Virus record (IMG/VR): IMGVR_UViG_3300042507_002438
Location: 1 to 63,187 of that record
Source of the DNA: a virus
Taxonomy: Duplodnaviria > Caudoviricetes
DNA length: 63,187 nucleotides
Direction: 5' to 3' (one strand)
Shown: in pieces, positions 31,601 to 39,062 of the stretch
Layout: the number at the start of each line of letters is the position of its first letter
How positions within the stretch are numbered: the first letter of the stretch is position 1
Notes under the pieces: model-generated
Seen by the model: only the letters and a program-made list of their open reading frames with translations
What the model was told of the DNA's origin: nothing
Databases searched by the model: none
Position numbers and translations under genes: made by a program

Positions 31601-33238
31601 TTTGAGAAGAAGGGCGACAGCATGGAGGTTAGCGAAGACGGAAGCGCATTCATGGGCATAAACGAAGGCTTCGACACCAAAGAGACCGGAGTATTAATGA
31701 AGGCTACAAAGCCAAAACTCACAGAGACTGGCATACCCTCTAGAATACTCAGCTTTGACTTTGACACAAATATGTCTAGAGCTATGCAGGGAGCTTTGAT
31801 TGACATCAATACCGCGTCAACCATCAGACAAATATCTTCTTTCTACAACTCAGATGAGTTTGCTAAGATAATTCCTAGCAAAGAAGATAGAGACCTGGCC
31901 AGAGACAGAATGAGAAAGTTCATCAAGAAGACCAAGAGGAAAGAATATACTCAAGAGGACAACTTAGACACGCTTACAAAGGCCGCAAACTATATATCCT
32001 CATTCTCTGCCAGTAGAGCGCTTGGTAGTATTTCACAGATACCAAAGCAGACTATAAGTGTCGCGGCAAATACCATGATAAACACCGGAGGAAGCATATC
32101 AATATTCGACGTATTTAAGGCTAAGGACTTCATCGATAAATCTGGATACGGAATATCTATCCGTGGTATTGCCTCTCAGGCAGACATACAGAGTATTAAC
32201 CAAATCCTCAAGAAGGCCGAAGAGTCAAAGGGCAAGCAGGCGCTAGACTACCTCAAGAAGTTGAATGACATGTACCTTGAGTTGTTTGTTGCAAGCCCTG
32301 ACGTGTACATCGCAAGAGCGTCATGGCTAGCGTACTACAAAAAGAAGTTAAATTCTCTTGGGGTAGACACAGACAATATCGACTGGTCAACGCACGAGAT
32401 CAACACAGAGGCCGGAGACTATGCGCAGAGAATGACTGACCGTCAGCAAAACTTCTCAGACTCAGACCTTGCCGGAGAGATAATGTCAAACAAGAAGCCA
32501 ATCGTACAGCTTTTAAGAAAGTCATTGTTCCCGTTCGCGTCATTTGGCATAAATAAAAAGGCGCAGCTTATGGGCGACATGTCAGTTCTTTACAACCCAC
32601 TATCATCAAGCGATGACAAGAAGGCAGCGGTAGCGTCACTTGCTAGCTGGGGCGTAGAGATGGCGGTGTACAGTGGCGTGAGCATATTCATCAGCAACGT
32701 GGTGTTTAACTTCATTGCTAACTTGATGGCCGACTACGAGGAGGACGAGGAAGAGGAAGACAAGAAATATACAAAGGCCATTCAGTACAGAGCAAAGAAT
32801 GCGGCGGTAGAATTACTTTCTCCAATACCAAACGTTGCAGACGACGCCCTTGTAGACGGAATAAACTTTACACTAAATAGTGTTGGCGTTGACGAACAGT
32901 ACAGACTACCTGAAGGAAAGGGAGAGAAGTTGTATGAGAAGGTGGGACTCACAAACATCATGCAACAGAAACTGGCAAACCTTAGCAGAATGACTTACGC
33001 CGGAGCTACCGGAACATACGTTGACAAGTTTGGAAACGAGAAAGAGATGAGCAAGGAAGACCAGCAAAGAGCTGCATCTATGGCCGCCGTGTATGCGTTC
33101 TACGCATTTGGTTTTGTGCCTGCTGACTTTGGAATAACCATAGACAATGCATACTACAAGCTAGGAAAAAAATCTAAGAAGGCTGGTAGCGGTGGAGGAA
33201 AGAGCGCATTCGGATCAATTGACACAAAGATTAAATAA
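22664..33238 (+). CDS. Giant multidomain (polyvalent-type) virion-ejected protein
   Basis: 3524 aa ORF; hydrophobic A/G segment, LTAENP domain, HEAWH zincin-like motif, DLWWSRTW domain, RPGWH domain, long helical C-terminus. Confidence 0.8.
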   Translation: MDKLDKLYNLYLSKGLITEATPIDKFKSASDQQRAKLYELGKTSGLFATTDLNTFSSAWGGLSVDKKKEESALPSGEEGTSLATQKMAGPKPLASSRIKQVKNPSNFNKNIESSDYQRHTKLASVAINAADKGDKNTLINTLKEMNAIRAMYPAGVFESDKQMSEDLQSIEKVASRKKLDVDIKTASRMPVPQKKIELKLPQGVQIKTSDIKQDPEDLKRAVRADLIELEAMDFEMVDKQVEEEFAQDGISDKVLQTINRWTSRAGWGYMPTSVEKSIAKATNEVKANNPDASAEDILAYAKEQRKRELLEVQKDKAVEDYFEGKAILGRPEEQVNIERSLENIKSKQEYHIAKFNEKNQEIERNLSTLELYNKKIENKEELTPEDVNNINYAVNNVNLLYDDLQKNYKNIETDDKDLKNTAEEIDRFKRNYSYLTNAGARVGSAAIDITSGIAGYMDMQQSLLMGALKDATGVDVSQANIWDDISKNLSGTSESIKQSIAKNKELKNVNSIGDFAEWSGQLVLDQAPQIVLAMATGGAAVPLMGASATGSKFEEIKDDEKYTMTQKVVASYAVGLAEALSEKIELDVIKYAFPSSRIAKAAANTKADEEILKQSLRTGIKGATINNIEKLGMASLNVNKEGISEVVAQLGTNLTDRYILDKKDVSILDGIDDAYLSGAVIGGSMIAAPAFASKVISPFVYDPEKNVSKNVSKIAELTKALGIATKESDKKIIQGQIDKLNNDNFSIVDAAINRTKNLSPDEIREGVKSIERMQEIKSEIADIRGNASYSTEAKNAMVSGLLDEYNQLVLKRKQLIDKANAIQKQTTSEVPVQPEAGVGEEVAQGEPQTEPKITTKEGVQEGTKEVVSGVEITYPSEQQKQERKEARNRPEYVEESSKDLQEEDVDALSEELSGEFGILTAENPMAQPLTEEENKQLNQKAEEWLKGKGYKPKRVTGKYDQAENSFFVPGLTVEDAIEFAKEFNQESVAHSTGLVKQDGSMNPRMNSDDNFSFEDFTPESNYVSVVKTKDGLKTFQVGYDFNTTVDSKKPSAQPVQQAVAQNIQETDENYQESRDAVMQIAQDQKEFVPGDAVLEQVTTDGQGNVTGGVVTFLDADRNPTRKTISRAQTAPAKTGIVENVKKAISKLFPKLEAKNFNSAAEMREYARSKYGDAVANQVQDDDAARVLLDQNNEPIAILINDQLSDETTLPHEAWHPIMLKAFGDNQKLFSQFRAQIKKALIDNGFKDIADQLDAFANQEEYKKTGVDAEEWLVQFGALLTNKKIDANKLTPKQKSLIEKLRDIINSFMIKVSGQPVFNETSSAKDILDFMASIADSMAKGEDISGLFEVEGIDKTTEVKSRSQKAAIEILDGPKFDNKLKEDVASYLNSLRDSEIPPNSSREQLMERFINNVYEEVGYYLFSKPDARSAGLTWYIEDMVEFENKVKVIIPELSNEKQYKLFLSILAFTSSGTNPNQNLSYAYNLWNNSNDPKNFDFSKDWGDKKLSFVDKKGKAVASGVIVKETAKEYTVELVDSLGRPEVDSKGNKKYEKISKASMKPGYPKPTGYTNRGKIIVGQLEKLEKLYSDLKSIDAVVDWLETPHPIAELRKYNEAVPDVNGKGPGKTNKKYDPSKNADGERNGAFIFGEKIGSFYQNMIGIGETITMDLWWSRTWNRYMGTMINTTSGNKEIQEVPRSDRERNIMREAVKMVAEDLNLQVSELQAAIWYFEQELWTKSGNASPSYSYVTAIDELTEKLKVDEETRTKLRSAEADLTEAEKRRKNAAERAAAVVASKGGEIPKVKVTTRAQKSIEQANEDFGIEDGEAMFSTRAQKLEPKKVSSLSSSIQSIDKETTKKLKSLINKGVKEPKKTQKAYKLFKVKKEFPGELFPLFVGANESVTVGEWIEAKAGELTTTKEGKTMVKSTLGPLAYRPGWHSGDLAIATHIGSKRNPTDKAPTLRAEDQVWAEVEVGSDVDWQKEATSRAEKTKDGRINLRTAHITDQVPLGGFYKYKTNSNMTGSWIISGEMKVNRVLTDKEVNDINKKGGGKDLPRLTPFDYEAYGFNVDGSVKNPKNVLSNQIARAYLVAKETGENEELVNAVDNALKINTKAQKAPKYVPESVYKYLTEDADGNIVFHHYSKARRDEIKPSTGSGSFLTSREEQQALSSVGGLGMYYTQQGQKEPGVGDERHTVVVPKEKIYYMTSDPLNLYDEARARFLDYMNRNNDVQIEYAFNPNYQTAWITKVAQEKGFDMVISKWKNDADYRAQSSIALKPIEEDLPMKDIEDNIEVGDRVFVSGAPAIITSIDENGLATYKQKNSSGKFDIELGKRTDRYGKMTLLDKGPFEMTEDGEIVQASITTRGQKASRERMMNELDGVIAKSKERKATKETVYNNALAYLQGSKVYEEADDVERESLVRGLRKKLGLKEKSVSRIFSLKRKDNGITVNERISLREQIRLEAKAAKDAIQARQKIGAMIKDQLSGMFKKGIIKTAQLQAINRKLLQLNFFNQDHVENFINYMDKVFRDAEYADKLSKANALQARIKRSVKDKTIQAETRDTAKEFSKLAPYLATDIDAYIAAAEEVYEAIQQTKGTVTDGIASVTFKKAMNYERVQEYTKNEAAAQEEARKQQLIEKNKYLLEAGVLDESMSLKEMMSIIESIEANPESEVAKDKEKIIRDYVNKYFDSYRTILEEIIRTDIDPFTGERMYLTDAQRTQIGKFLAVDLNVLSLKDAYSMVNAIDNFVMNQNTDGMEATIAAYEGIKNAKEALKKGLVARSLRAYWSKKLGRVWGEQFEQITMMHERMFGGVQRAIEFDRLSGLSKLLTDKVKALKSFNAIVESYANKFGKVKDFNKAENVFERGMLGIVARNVQGSETEQQEEFNKQKKNIEISIKAMEQGTDKQKKEAVVAKKVYDKILKDSNSYQDAKKKAGKENVMAVEFWQGQFSNIFDSLQDVSRGVYNTILDRDVNYLPHTYKRFEKKGDSMEVSEDGSAFMGINEGFDTKETGVLMKATKPKLTETGIPSRILSFDFDTNMSRAMQGALIDINTASTIRQISSFYNSDEFAKIIPSKEDRDLARDRMRKFIKKTKRKEYTQEDNLDTLTKAANYISSFSASRALGSISQIPKQTISVAANTMINTGGSISIFDVFKAKDFIDKSGYGISIRGIASQADIQSINQILKKAEESKGKQALDYLKKLNDMYLELFVASPDVYIARASWLAYYKKKLNSLGVDTDNIDWSTHEINTEAGDYAQRMTDRQQNFSDSDLAGEIMSNKKPIVQLLRKSLFPFASFGINKKAQLMGDMSVLYNPLSSSDDKKAAVASLASWGVEMAVYSGVSIFISNVVFNFIANLMADYEEDEEEEDKKYTKAIQYRAKNAAVELLSPIPNVADDALVDGINFTLNSVGVDEQYRLPEGKGEKLYEKVGLTNIMQQKLANLSRMTYAGATGTYVDKFGNEKEMSKEDQQRAASMAAVYAFYAFGFVPADFGITIDNAYYKLGKKSKKAGSGGGKSAFGSIDTKIK

Positions 33239-33266
33239 AAAAGGGGGCCTATTGGCCCCCCTTATT
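33236..33266. terminator. Terminator between converging transcription units
   Basis: AAAAAAGGGGGCC-TATT-GGCCCCCCTT hairpin at the +/- strand switch; T tract on the - strand. Confidence 0.8.
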
Positions 33267-33401
33267 AAAAATTTCTAGGAGTTTTACTTTGTATTCTATC
33301 GCCTCCTGCTCTGACAAGAATACCCTGTCCAACTGATAGTCTACGTAAACACGCCACTCAGGCCTGTTATTTACCGTAGCTCTTACTACCTCTACTGTCA
33401 T
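33249..33401 (-). CDS. 50-aa hypothetical protein
   Basis: MTVEVVRATVNNRPEWRVYV...; fills the gap to the terminator. Confidence 0.5.
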   Translation of the reverse strand: MTVEVVRATVNNRPEWRVYVDYQLDRVFLSEQEAIEYKVKLLEIFNKGGQ

Positions 33402-33810
33402 GTTTCTTTATAATTATTTTATATCCTGTAGGAATAATCTCAAAACCGTCTACAATCATTGCATCGAATTCCTTGCTCACGTACTTCATGTCCATGTTAA
33501 CCGCAATGTATGGTCCACCACTTGGATCCACCATGTCTATCCGTGACATGTCCGACCTGACGTGCTTCATGTACTTTCTGGAAAACTCTGTGTATCCGTT
33601 GTCGTCAGTTTCATGCACTGCCTTTTCAAACTCTCCACGAGTCATCATTGCAGAGCTGTCGCAGTCGTCCTCAACGTACCTGTTGTATGCCTGAGTATAG
33701 TCATTTGGCCATCCCATTCTACACCACTCAAAGTTACCTTCCCAGAGTATGTTGCCTTCGTCGTCTAACGTGAAGGTAAATTTTTCATTGTACCTATTTC
33801 TGTATTCCAT
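33367..33810 (-). CDS. Hypothetical protein
   Basis: 147 aa, NRY...F.F...DPSGGPY pattern; tightly packed operon. Confidence 0.75.
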   Translation of the reverse strand: MEYRNRYNEKFTFTLDDEGNILWEGNFEWCRMGWPNDYTQAYNRYVEDDCDSSAMMTRGEFEKAVHETDDNGYTEFSRKYMKHVRSDMSRIDMVDPSGGPYIAVNMDMKYVSKEFDAMIVDGFEIIPTGYKIIIKKHDSRGSKSYGK

Positions 33811-34174
33811 TTTTTAATTTTTCTAAGTATTCATAAAGCGACTCGAAAGAGTAGCAAATTGGATTTCCATTCTCGTCAGTAGCTCCAGACCTTGGCTCTC
33901 CTTTTCTTGCAACAATCTCGCCCTTCTCATTGTATGCGTCACAGGTTGACCAGTCTTTCTCTCCCCAGTTTGACTCAAAGATAAACCAAGTAACCCAACC
34001 AAGCCCTTCTTCGCCGTAGTGAGATTCTATCGATGTGTATAACAAGGAGTCTACATATTCAATGATGGCGTACTTTCCTTCGTGCAAGTCCACCCCTACC
34101 TGATATAGCTCGTGTGCATTTTCTGAGAACTGACGATAGTTTAAAAGTATTTTTAAAAATTGTTCGTATGTCAT
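33794..34174 (-). CDS. Hypothetical protein
   Basis: 126 aa, W..WFI.E..WG...ESLYEYL. Confidence 0.75.
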   Translation of the reverse strand: MTYEQFLKILLNYRQFSENAHELYQVGVDLHEGKYAIIEYVDSLLYTSIESHYGEEGLGWVTWFIFESNWGEKDWSTCDAYNEKGEIVARKGEPRSGATDENGNPICYSFESLYEYLEKLKNGIQK

Positions 34175-34398
34175 TATTCAAATTCTAAACTATAACTGCT
34201 CATTATTCTACGCAACTCATCTCTGGTCTCATATAAAGCATTTACTTTTTCTTCATGGTATGAGTCAGGAGCGTATTTTGTATTTGTCCTTAAATATTGG
34301 TCAAGATCCCACATAGCAAGTTGCCACTTGGAACCATTCACAGCAGAGTTAAACTCTACTTGATCGTCTGGTAGTTCAAATTTTAAGATAGCTTCCAT
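34174..34398 (-). CDS. Hypothetical protein
   Basis: 74 aa, A.L.F.LP.D..EF..A..G...W..DQ.LR. Confidence 0.75.
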   Translation of the reverse strand: MEAILKFELPDDQVEFNSAVNGSKWQLAMWDLDQYLRTNTKYAPDSYHEEKVNALYETRDELRRIMSSYSLEFE

Positions 34399-34733
34399 AA
34401 TTCGTAATTACTATTTCTTGTTTTAAATTTAATGTAGTCTCCTCTCTGTTCAACTATTTCTGTAACAGGCGTAGTTTGCCAGGTAAAGAACCTATTGAAT
34501 GGAGACATAAGCAATGATCTACCAACAGCTGGCTCAGGATGCTCAGATTTAAATGTGCCATTTTCATTCCATTCTAACCACTTTATGTATTTAGACTCAT
34601 TAACTAGACCATCTCTTTCTCTGACAAGCCTCCAGTTTAACCCGTCATCAATAACTCCTTGCTCGATAGCAATCTTAAGCAAGCCATCATCGTCAATGGT
34701 TGTTGGTATTTTAGTTTGTTTTATTTTACTCAT
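34383..34733 (-). CDS. Hypothetical protein
   Basis: 116 aa, TWQTT.VTEI...F.T.NS.Y.L. Confidence 0.75.
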   Translation of the reverse strand: MSKIKQTKIPTTIDDDGLLKIAIEQGVIDDGLNWRLVRERDGLVNESKYIKWLEWNENGTFKSEHPEPAVGRSLLMSPFNRFFTWQTTPVTEIVEQRGDYIKFKTRNSNYELWKLS

Positions 34734-35002
34734 CTTAATTCTATTTTTAAATAGTACGCATTGTTAGTATTCATTATCTGACAAAACCGATCGTAATGTT
34801 TATTTTGTACATAATCTTCTAAACAAAACAAGTCAGAGTCTATGCCAAACATTTCTGCATAATAACCTTTCCATTTTTTAAGTTTAGTTCTAAACTTTTC
34901 TACATATAGCTTTGCAAGCTCTTCGTTTTCAGTTACAAATATATTTACTGTATAACTATCCCAGTCCCCAACTGAATATTGAACTATAAACATTTCTTTC
35001 AT
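34730..35002 (-). CDS. Hypothetical protein
   Basis: 90 aa, ATGA overlaps. Confidence 0.7.
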   Translation of the reverse strand: MKEMFIVQYSVGDWDSYTVNIFVTENEELAKLYVEKFRTKLKKWKGYYAEMFGIDSDLFCLEDYVQNKHYDRFCQIMNTNNAYYLKIELR

Positions 35003-35586
35003 TTGTATTTATCTTTTAAAATTAAATCATAGTAGTTTACTTTTCTTTGTTCTCCCCACTTTGAAACCGTATAGTCTAATGGAAATTCTTTTTTACATTG
35101 CTCAATTCTTTCACGCTTAGTTCCTTTAGTGTTTCTACAATAGTATAACCATGCTTCCCAGAATCTAGGCGGCTCAGGTGCACTTACAATAACAGCAAAT
35201 TGCCATTTAAAGAATACAAAAGATGCTAATGGTGCCCACTCAAATCTGTAGTCGGTATCGTCACATTTTGTTTTCCATCCCAGTCCAACAAAATCAAATC
35301 CTATTTTCTTGGGTATTGCAAATTGATATCTTAACTTTTCTTCATAAACTTCATCTAATGGTCTTACTTTGCGCTTAAAAGTAGAGTTTGGATTTTTATT
35401 ATTCCAATCTTCAGCGTCTGCAATTTCAGCCATGGCTGCTTCCACTACCATTTCATGTGTAGGATTTACAAATCTTCTAGGAAGAAAGTACGGTGTACCA
35501 ATAACAATCTTACCAAAATACCATTTTAGTTTTGGTCTTTTAAAGGGACTGTTTGTTAATTGTAATAGTTTCATTACTTTCCCCAC
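34999..35586 (-). CDS. Hypothetical protein
   Basis: 195 aa ORF in the operon. Confidence 0.75.
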   Translation of the reverse strand: MGKVMKLLQLTNSPFKRPKLKWYFGKIVIGTPYFLPRRFVNPTHEMVVEAAMAEIADAEDWNNKNPNSTFKRKVRPLDEVYEEKLRYQFAIPKKIGFDFVGLGWKTKCDDTDYRFEWAPLASFVFFKWQFAVIVSAPEPPRFWEAWLYYCRNTKGTKRERIEQCKKEFPLDYTVSKWGEQRKVNYYDLILKDKYK

Positions 35587-35795
35587 TTTTTTACAGGCTC
35601 GTCATAGTATTCGGCATAAGTCTTTTTTAACTCACTTAAAGCATGAAAAACATAGTCGTCACTGAATGTTTTATTAATGTAGCTATTTTCATCGTTTAGC
35701 AATGCTCCGAATGCCCGCTTAATTTCAATCAATGCAAAGGCACTGATTTCTACTTTATCGTTAAACAAGTCTCGTTTTTTTGTTTCGTTACTCAT
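35574..35795 (-). CDS. Hypothetical protein
   Basis: 73 aa, GGAGG upstream, ATGA overlap. Confidence 0.65.
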   Translation of the reverse strand: MSNETKKRDLFNDKVEISAFALIEIKRAFGALLNDENSYINKTFSDDYVFHALSELKKTYAEYYDEPVKKWGK

Positions 35796-36025
35796 TTGTT
35801 ACCTCCTTGTATTACTTTATTAACCCTATCAAATAATTCTTGTAAGTCGTTCACGCTATCGATGCTCCAACCGTCGGTTTTCAGTACATAATAACAACCT
35901 TCATCATTATCTATACCAAGTGATGACTCGCATTCAATGGTAAGTATTTCAAACTCATCTGTTGTGCCGTTACTGTTTCCTTCTTGGTTAAACGTAAATG
36001 AGCATCTTTCAAGTTTTGGTTTCAT
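35792..36025 (-). CDS. Hypothetical protein ending QGGNK
   Basis: 77 aa, ATGA overlaps. Confidence 0.7.
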   Translation of the reverse strand: MKPKLERCSFTFNQEGNSNGTTDEFEILTIECESSLGIDNDEGCYYVLKTDGWSIDSVNDLQELFDRVNKVIQGGNK

Positions 36026-36471
36026 TTGTTATTCAATTCTGTTATTGATGAGTCCCAGTCAGATAATATAAACTGAAGTTTAAGGTTAGTAATTTGAGTC
36101 TTTTCTTCATTACACCATGCCATTGCCTCAAATCCTCCGGTACCATAAGAAATGGGAATTTGGTAATGCACATGAATAAGATCAGTAAGTCTGTAGTCTG
36201 CTGCACCAACAAGCAGCCTCTTAGCTTCTCTCTTTAACTCTCCTATTGATGGTACACCATCGCTTGCGCTTGACCAGTTCCAGTTCAAGTGCCACATTAC
36301 CTTGCGGACTTTATTAAAGTCAAACGACTCTAAGATGTCATCAACCAGGTCATTAACTGGATCAAGAGAAAGCTTTTTATTTGGATCTTCTAGCATCTTG
36401 CCTAACATTTCATGAAGGCTCTTAATTTCTTCTTGTGTTAAATTTTGTATATTCATGTACTTATTGTTCAT
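36022..36471 (-). CDS. Hypothetical protein
   Basis: FDF.KV..VM..L.W.W...GTGGF.A; start uncertain (36471 or 36456). Confidence 0.7.
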   Translation of the reverse strand: MNNKYMNIQNLTQEEIKSLHEMLGKMLEDPNKKLSLDPVNDLVDDILESFDFNKVRKVMWHLNWNWSSASDGVPSIGELKREAKRLLVGAADYRLTDLIHVHYQIPISYGTGGFEAMAWCNEEKTQITNLKLQFILSDWDSSITELNNK

Positions 36472-36597
36472 TATATTACGCCAAAACAAACAAATTTTAT
36501 GAGTTTTGGCTGGGTTATAAATAAAATAGGCTGTTACGTTGTAGTCATTAATCTGCTTTCACACCCAACTTAATGTCAGTATCAGATCACCTATTAG

Positions 36598-36760
36598 AAG
36601 TCAGAGGAGGACTTGAACCCCCACACCATTTGTGGTTTTCTCTAATCTACCCTTGCAAAGGTACCACCAGCGTTTGGCCACTCCTACTAAAGGTCCGCTT
36701 ACCTCCCTTCAGTAATAACAGACTTGCGGTCTATTGTGTGCACTCCTGTGCTATCTGACT
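36598..36760 (-). ncRNA. 163-nt tRNA-shaped RNA with an expanded domain in place of the anticodon arm
   Basis: Acceptor AGTCAGA/TCTGACT, D-like arm GCAC-AGGA-GTGC, T arm GGGGG-TTCAAGT-CCTCC, several internal hairpins; intergenic. Confidence 0.7.
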
Positions 36761-36885
36761 ATGCCAGGTTTTTGCATTAAGCATCCATAGAACCTGATAA
36801 CTATGCCGACTCACGATTCGGAAGGTCTGCTGATCTTACGGAAAGCTACCTTGTTTTCGATCCATTGTACTTCTGGCTACTGTTT

Positions 36886-36893
36886 CAAAGTTA
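36886..36893 (-). promoter_or_regulatory. -7 promoter box TAACTTTG heading a ~400-nt non-coding region
   Basis: TAnnTTTG just after the stop of 36905-37132. Confidence 0.55.
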
Positions 36894-36904
36894 ACTACAA
36901 CAAA

Positions 36905-37132
36905 TTACTTTTGTGTCATAGAATTGTTATAATTTCTATTGTAGTACTCTTCCGGTATCAAATTGTCTGTGAATCCAGAAACGTGCGCCTCCTTTATTCT
37001 GTCCTTCTCTATTTCCTCTGCGCGATCAAGTAGTTCATACATTACGCCATGAACTCCAACCGAACCCTCAAGTTTCATAAACTCACTCCTGAGCCATTGT
37101 ACCGCTGTTAATTTTTCTTCTGTATTTCTCAT
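36905..37132 (-). CDS. Small protein of the TAVxWL paralogue family
   Basis: TAVQWL...A.E.EK..I..A...YYN. Confidence 0.7.
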   Translation of the reverse strand: MRNTEEKLTAVQWLRSEFMKLEGSVGVHGVMYELLDRAEEIEKDRIKEAHVSGFTDNLIPEEYYNRNYNNSMTQK

Positions 37133-37301
37133 TTCTTATTTTTTGAATTGCCCTAGCTTTTGGCGTGCACTTGTGCTGAAGGTAGTACCCTCTCTGCTCG
37201 CTAAGGGTACAGTCTATACACTTTCCGTATAGACCGTCCCCATTAAACTTGTGTTTGTAAAACCTATCAGTTACAGTCTTGCACTTCTTGCACTCTTTCA
37301 T
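37083..37301 (-). CDS. Zinc-finger protein
   Basis: CxxC...FY....G....CxxC; ATGA overlap. Confidence 0.7.
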   Translation of the reverse strand: MKECKKCKTVTDRFYKHKFNGDGLYGKCIDCTLSEQRGYYLQHKCTPKARAIQKIRNEKYRRKINSGTMAQE

Positions 37302-37690
37302 CTGCATATGTACCTCATCAGGTCTCTGTAGTATCCAGTCTCCTCCGGGTACTTCATCGTTAACATGTCCGAGTATGCGTTCTTAGAGTGTATGATGCTG
37401 CTGTGGTCTCTATTGATTTTCTTTGCGACCTCAGTAACGCTCATGGCCATGTGCTCGCACGCAACAAAACATATCAGCTGTCTTGCTGTTACGATTTTTC
37501 TTGTGCCGCGCTTCTTGTCCATAAGCTGGTCCTTGGTTACAGATGTTAGCTCGCATGTAGCTTCTATCATGGTGTCGAATCTTTTTCTTAGCGTGGAGAT
37601 CGTTGGAGGGACTCCCATGCTGTCCTCCATCTTCTTGACCCTGTTTTCTAGTTCCTTGATTTGATTGTTAATTAATTCTATTGTGTTCAT
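37298..37690 (-). CDS. DnaA C-terminal-like helix-turn-helix protein
   Basis: R.R.IV.ARQ...A......S..E.A...NRDHSSIIH signature. Confidence 0.75.
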   Translation of the reverse strand: MNTIELINNQIKELENRVKKMEDSMGVPPTISTLRKRFDTMIEATCELTSVTKDQLMDKKRGTRKIVTARQLICFVACEHMAMSVTEVAKKINRDHSSIIHSKNAYSDMLTMKYPEETGYYRDLMRYICR

Positions 37691-37694
37691 TGTA

Positions 37695-38813
37695 TTAAAA
37701 TATGTGTGTTAGTCTTGCTATCTGTCCGTTTACTTTGCAGTGAAGAAATCCTTCTATTGCCTTTGGATTGTGCTGGTACCCATTCCGGTGGTGCCACCCG
37801 TCAGTCCCAGAAGGAGACCTAAGACTCTCAACGGTCACTCCAATGTAGTCCTTTGACGTCTTGTGATGCACGTGGTGCGTGTACACGTACCGGTGCTTGG
37901 TTGCGGCCCACATGTCTGAGGCCTCTTGCGCCATCAATAGTGGCAAGTCAGGCAGCCTAGCACCGTCTCCATGAGTAGTTCCGATCAAGTTGTTGTGATA
38001 CATGAAGTACTTGCGATGCGATATAGAACAGTCAAATGTCACGTCGCTCTGATTTCTGAACCAGCTCTTTATAACGTCAGCCAAAAAGAATCCGTTTGTG
38101 TAGTCATGGTTAGACGGGTTGTAAACAAAGTGCACCGGAGCAACCGCAAGTAATGTCTCGATAACAGCAATGTATAAGTCCTTTGCCATCAAGAAATTGT
38201 CGTACCACATTCCGTCCGTGTCCTGCGGGGTTCCAGATGTTGTCGTTCTCCTTGGCGTGTCTATGTGCAGGATGTCATTGCCAGCAACCAGCAAGATCTT
38301 GTCAACGCTGAATCCAGAAGACTTCTTTAGTATGCCAAGTACGCCTTCCATAACTCTGTTCACGGCGATCTGATTATTGTACTCCTCTCCAGTCTCAAAT
38401 GATGACGCCAGCTTTCCTATGTGTACGTCTGCCGGATCAATCACCAGTAAGTGCCCGTCGTAGCATGGAGCCCTGTCAATCCTTGGATAGTCCGGTGAGT
38501 ACTTATTCATCTCCTCTATAATAGAGTCTCTGAGGTCGTCATACGTCTTTTCTTCTGAAGACTTTACGTGTACCGACATGTGCTTGCCCTTGTGCCAGTA
38601 GTGAGAAACTCCGTCAAGTGGAACGCCATTAGACTCACAGTACTCCGCTAGAGCGTTGTGAGACTCCTTTAATACCCAGTAACTTATGTTTCTTCTTATC
38701 GTTGCCACGGGGCTGTCTAAATTAAACTCCTCGTGCACTTTCTTTGCTATCTTTCTGCTAGAACCGTATCCTTCACGGTGAAGCTGCATAGCCCTCTCAT
38801 AGTAAGGTTTCAT
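37695..38813 (-). CDS. Calcineurin-like metallophosphoesterase with N-terminal HTH
   Basis: DxH (DVHIG), GND, SNHD, HGD, HxH motifs. Confidence 0.85.
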   Translation of the reverse strand: MKPYYERAMQLHREGYGSSRKIAKKVHEEFNLDSPVATIRRNISYWVLKESHNALAEYCESNGVPLDGVSHYWHKGKHMSVHVKSSEEKTYDDLRDSIIEEMNKYSPDYPRIDRAPCYDGHLLVIDPADVHIGKLASSFETGEEYNNQIAVNRVMEGVLGILKKSSGFSVDKILLVAGNDILHIDTPRRTTTSGTPQDTDGMWYDNFLMAKDLYIAVIETLLAVAPVHFVYNPSNHDYTNGFFLADVIKSWFRNQSDVTFDCSISHRKYFMYHNNLIGTTHGDGARLPDLPLLMAQEASDMWAATKHRYVYTHHVHHKTSKDYIGVTVESLRSPSGTDGWHHRNGYQHNPKAIEGFLHCKVNGQIARLTHIF

Positions 38814-38979
38814 CTGTGTGTGTTTCTTTTATTTGATTTATTTTTTCTGCAATCTGCTTACATGCAAGCAATACAGCCTCGTCTTCCCTGTCCATCATAG
38901 ACTCGTAAAGCTGGTCAACAAGGGCATTAATTTCCGACATGGAAACGTTAACGTAGTTAATATACTCTATCTTACCCAT
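38797..38979 (-). CDS. Hypothetical protein
   Basis: ATG 5 nt after TATCTTTG (38985-38992). Confidence 0.65.
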   Translation of the reverse strand: MGKIEYINYVNVSMSEINALVDQLYESMMDREDEAVLLACKQIAEKINQIKETHTDETLL

Positions 38980-39062
38980 CAATACAAAGATAGCCTACCA
39001 AATCAACGATAGGCTACCATTTACGTCATTTTTGTGTTAAATGTTGTATAGTTGTTTACAAC

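Noticed and set aside
14044-33238. Diversity-generating retroelement, virion RNA polymerase or stop-codon recoding
   Set aside because: No reverse transcriptase or TR/VR pair seen, no DxDGD motif noticed in the large ORFs, and genes are intact under the standard code
36598-36760. tmRNA or intron-containing tRNA
   Set aside because: No alanine G3:U70 GGGG acceptor, too short for tmRNA, and no group I core or splice-restored anticodon arm evident
36573-37033. + strand ORFs 36573-36758 and 36803-37033
   Set aside because: Opposite to the local transcription direction and coincide with structured RNA on the - strand
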